A DNA stretch of 64,000 nucleotides, taken from contig CATNEN010000031.1 in assembly GCA_950097015.1 (NCBI GenBank), positions 2,790,001-2,854,000 on the forward strand, in the 5' to 3' direction. Source of the DNA: Macrostomum hystrix. Taxonomy: Eukaryota > Animalia > Platyhelminthes. The position numbers were made by a program, and so were the translations under genes. The notes beneath the pieces were generated by a model. That model was not told the origin of the DNA and made no database searches. It was given only the letters and a program-made list of their open reading frames with translations. Shown here piece by piece: positions 62,101 to 64,000 of the stretch. The first letter of the stretch is position 1. Each line of letters starts with the position of its first letter.

Positions 62101-64000
62101 ACTGTTACAGCGATTCTAGTGGGGACTGATAAAGGGATTCTAGTAGGGACTGCTACAGGGATTCTAGTTGGGACTGCTAAAGGGATTCTAGTTGGGACTG
62201 CTACAGGGATTCTAGTTGGGACTGCTACAGCGATTCTAGTGGGGACTGCTACAGGGATTCTAGTAGGAACTGCTACAGGGATTCTAGTGGGGACTGCTAC
62301 AGGGATTCTAGAGGGGACTGATAAATGGATTCTATTAGGGACTGCTAAAGGGATTCTAGTAGGGACTGTTTAAGGGATTCTAGTAGAGACTGATAAAGGG
62401 ATTCTAGTAGAGACTGATAAAGGGATTCTAGTAGGGACTGCTACAGGGATTCTAGTAGGGGCTGCTGCAGCGATTCTAGTAGGGACTGCTACAGGGATTC
62501 TAGTAGGGATTGATAAAGGGATTCTAGTAGGGACTGCTACAGGGATTCTAGTTGGGACTGCTACAGGGATTCTAGTTGGGACTGCTACATGGATTCTAGT
62601 AGGGACTGCTACAGGGATTCTAGTTGGGACTGCTACAGGGATTCTAGTAGGGACTGCTACAGGGATTCTATTAGGGACTGCTACAGGGATTCTAGTTGGG
62701 ACTGCTACAGCGATTCTAGTGGGGACTACTACAGGGATTCTAGTGGGGACTGATAAAGGGATTCTAGTAGGGACTGATAAAGGGATTCTAGTAGGGACTG
62801 ATAAAGGGATTCTAGTAGGGACTGCTACAGGGATTCTAGTTGGGACTGCTACAGGGATTCTAGTAGGGACTGATAGAGGGATTCTAGTAGGGACTGATAA
62901 AGGGATTCTAGTAGGGACTGATAAAGGGATTCTAGTAGGGACTGTTAAAGGGATTCTAGTAGGGACTGCTACAGGGATTCTAGTAGGGACTGTTAAAGGG
63001 ATTCTAGTAGGGACTGATAAAGGGATTCTAGTAGGGACTGCTACAGGGATTCTAGTTGGGACTGCTACAGGGATTCTAGTAGGAACTGATAAAGGGATTC
63101 TAGTGGGGACTGTTACAGGGATTCTAGTTGGGACTGCTACAGGGATTCTAGTAGGGACTGCTACAGGGATTCTAGTAGGGACTGTTAAAGGGATTCTAGT
63201 TGGGACTGCTACAGGGATTCTAGTAGGGACTGCTACAGGGATTCTAGTAGGGACTGCTACAGGGATTCTAGTAGGGACTGCTGCAGCGATTCTAGTAGGG
63301 ACTGCTACAGGGATTCTAGTAGGGATTGATAAAGGGATTCTAGTAGGGACTGCTACAGGGATTCTAGTAGGGACTGCAACAGGGATTCTAGTAGGGGCTG
63401 CTGCAGCGATTCTAGTAGGGACTGATAAAGGGATTCTAGTAGGGACTGATAAAGGGATTCTAGTAGGGACTGCTACAGGGATTCTAGTAGGGACTGCTAC
63501 AGGGATTCTAGTAGGGACTGATAAAGGGATTCTAGTTGGGACTGCTACATGGATTCTAGTAGGGACTGCTACAGGGATTCTAGTGGGGACTACTACAGGG
63601 ATTCTAGTGGGGACTGATAAAGGGATTCTAGTAGGGACTGTTAAAGGGATTCTAGTAGGGACTGCTACAGGGATTCTAGTAGGGACTGCTACAGGGATTC
63701 TAGTAGGGACTGCTACAGGGATTCTAGTAGGGATTGATAAAGGGATTCTAGTAGGGACTGCTACAGGGATTCTAGTAGGGACTGCTACAGGGATTCTAGT
63801 AGGGGCTGCTGCAGCGATTCTAGTAGGGACTGATAAAGGGATTCTAGTAGGGACTGATAAAGGGATTCTAGTTGGGACTGCTACATGGATTCTAGTAGGG
63901 ACTGCTACAGGGATTCTAGTAGGGACTGCTACAGGGATTCTAGTTGGGACTGCTACAGCGATTCTAGTGGGGACTACTACAAGGATTCTAGTGGGGACTG
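59196..64000. repeat. Large 24-bp satellite (GGGACTGCTACA-GGGATTCTAGTA) with higher-order duplications, running off the right edge
   Basis: 24-bp periodicity. A rare variant block at ~60001 recurs at ~62329 (2328 bp = 97 units); another at ~61081 recurs at ~61705 and ~63961. Confidence 0.97.

Overview
Animal (metazoan) genomic DNA: GC-rich exons lie in AT-rich, very minisatellite-rich introns and spacers. The style suggests a flatworm such as Macrostomum, which is inferred and not proven. Six spliced protein-coding genes can be assembled with consistent GT-AG junctions and reading phase: (1) the 5' part of an axonemal inner-arm dynein heavy chain (DNAH12-like, minus strand, running off the left edge); (2) a small FAM174-like membrane protein, head-to-head with it; (3) ZNF330/NOA36, split by a 12.2-kb repeat-filled intron; (4) the small-RNA 2'-O-methyltransferase HENMT1/HEN1, probably with a polyglutamine first exon; (5) a multi-BH Bcl-2/Bax-like gene with four exons; (6) a secreted PAN-like + C-type lectin protein. 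Mobile DNA includes a young Ty3/Gypsy LTR element lacking RT/RNase H inserted into a 12-bp satellite, a hAT-type MITE with an 8-bp TSD, tRNA-derived SINEs (one inverted pair) and probable decayed LINE remnants. More than fifteen tandem arrays (12-46 bp units) are present, and they explain most long ORFs in the track. No prokaryotic-type system (CRISPR, operon) is present. The best leads are the polyQ-HEN1, arrays abutting exon boundaries (one made of decoy 3' splice sites), MITE-borne satellite seeding and the atypical BH1 of the Bax-like protein. Repeat boundaries are approximate, read by eye.
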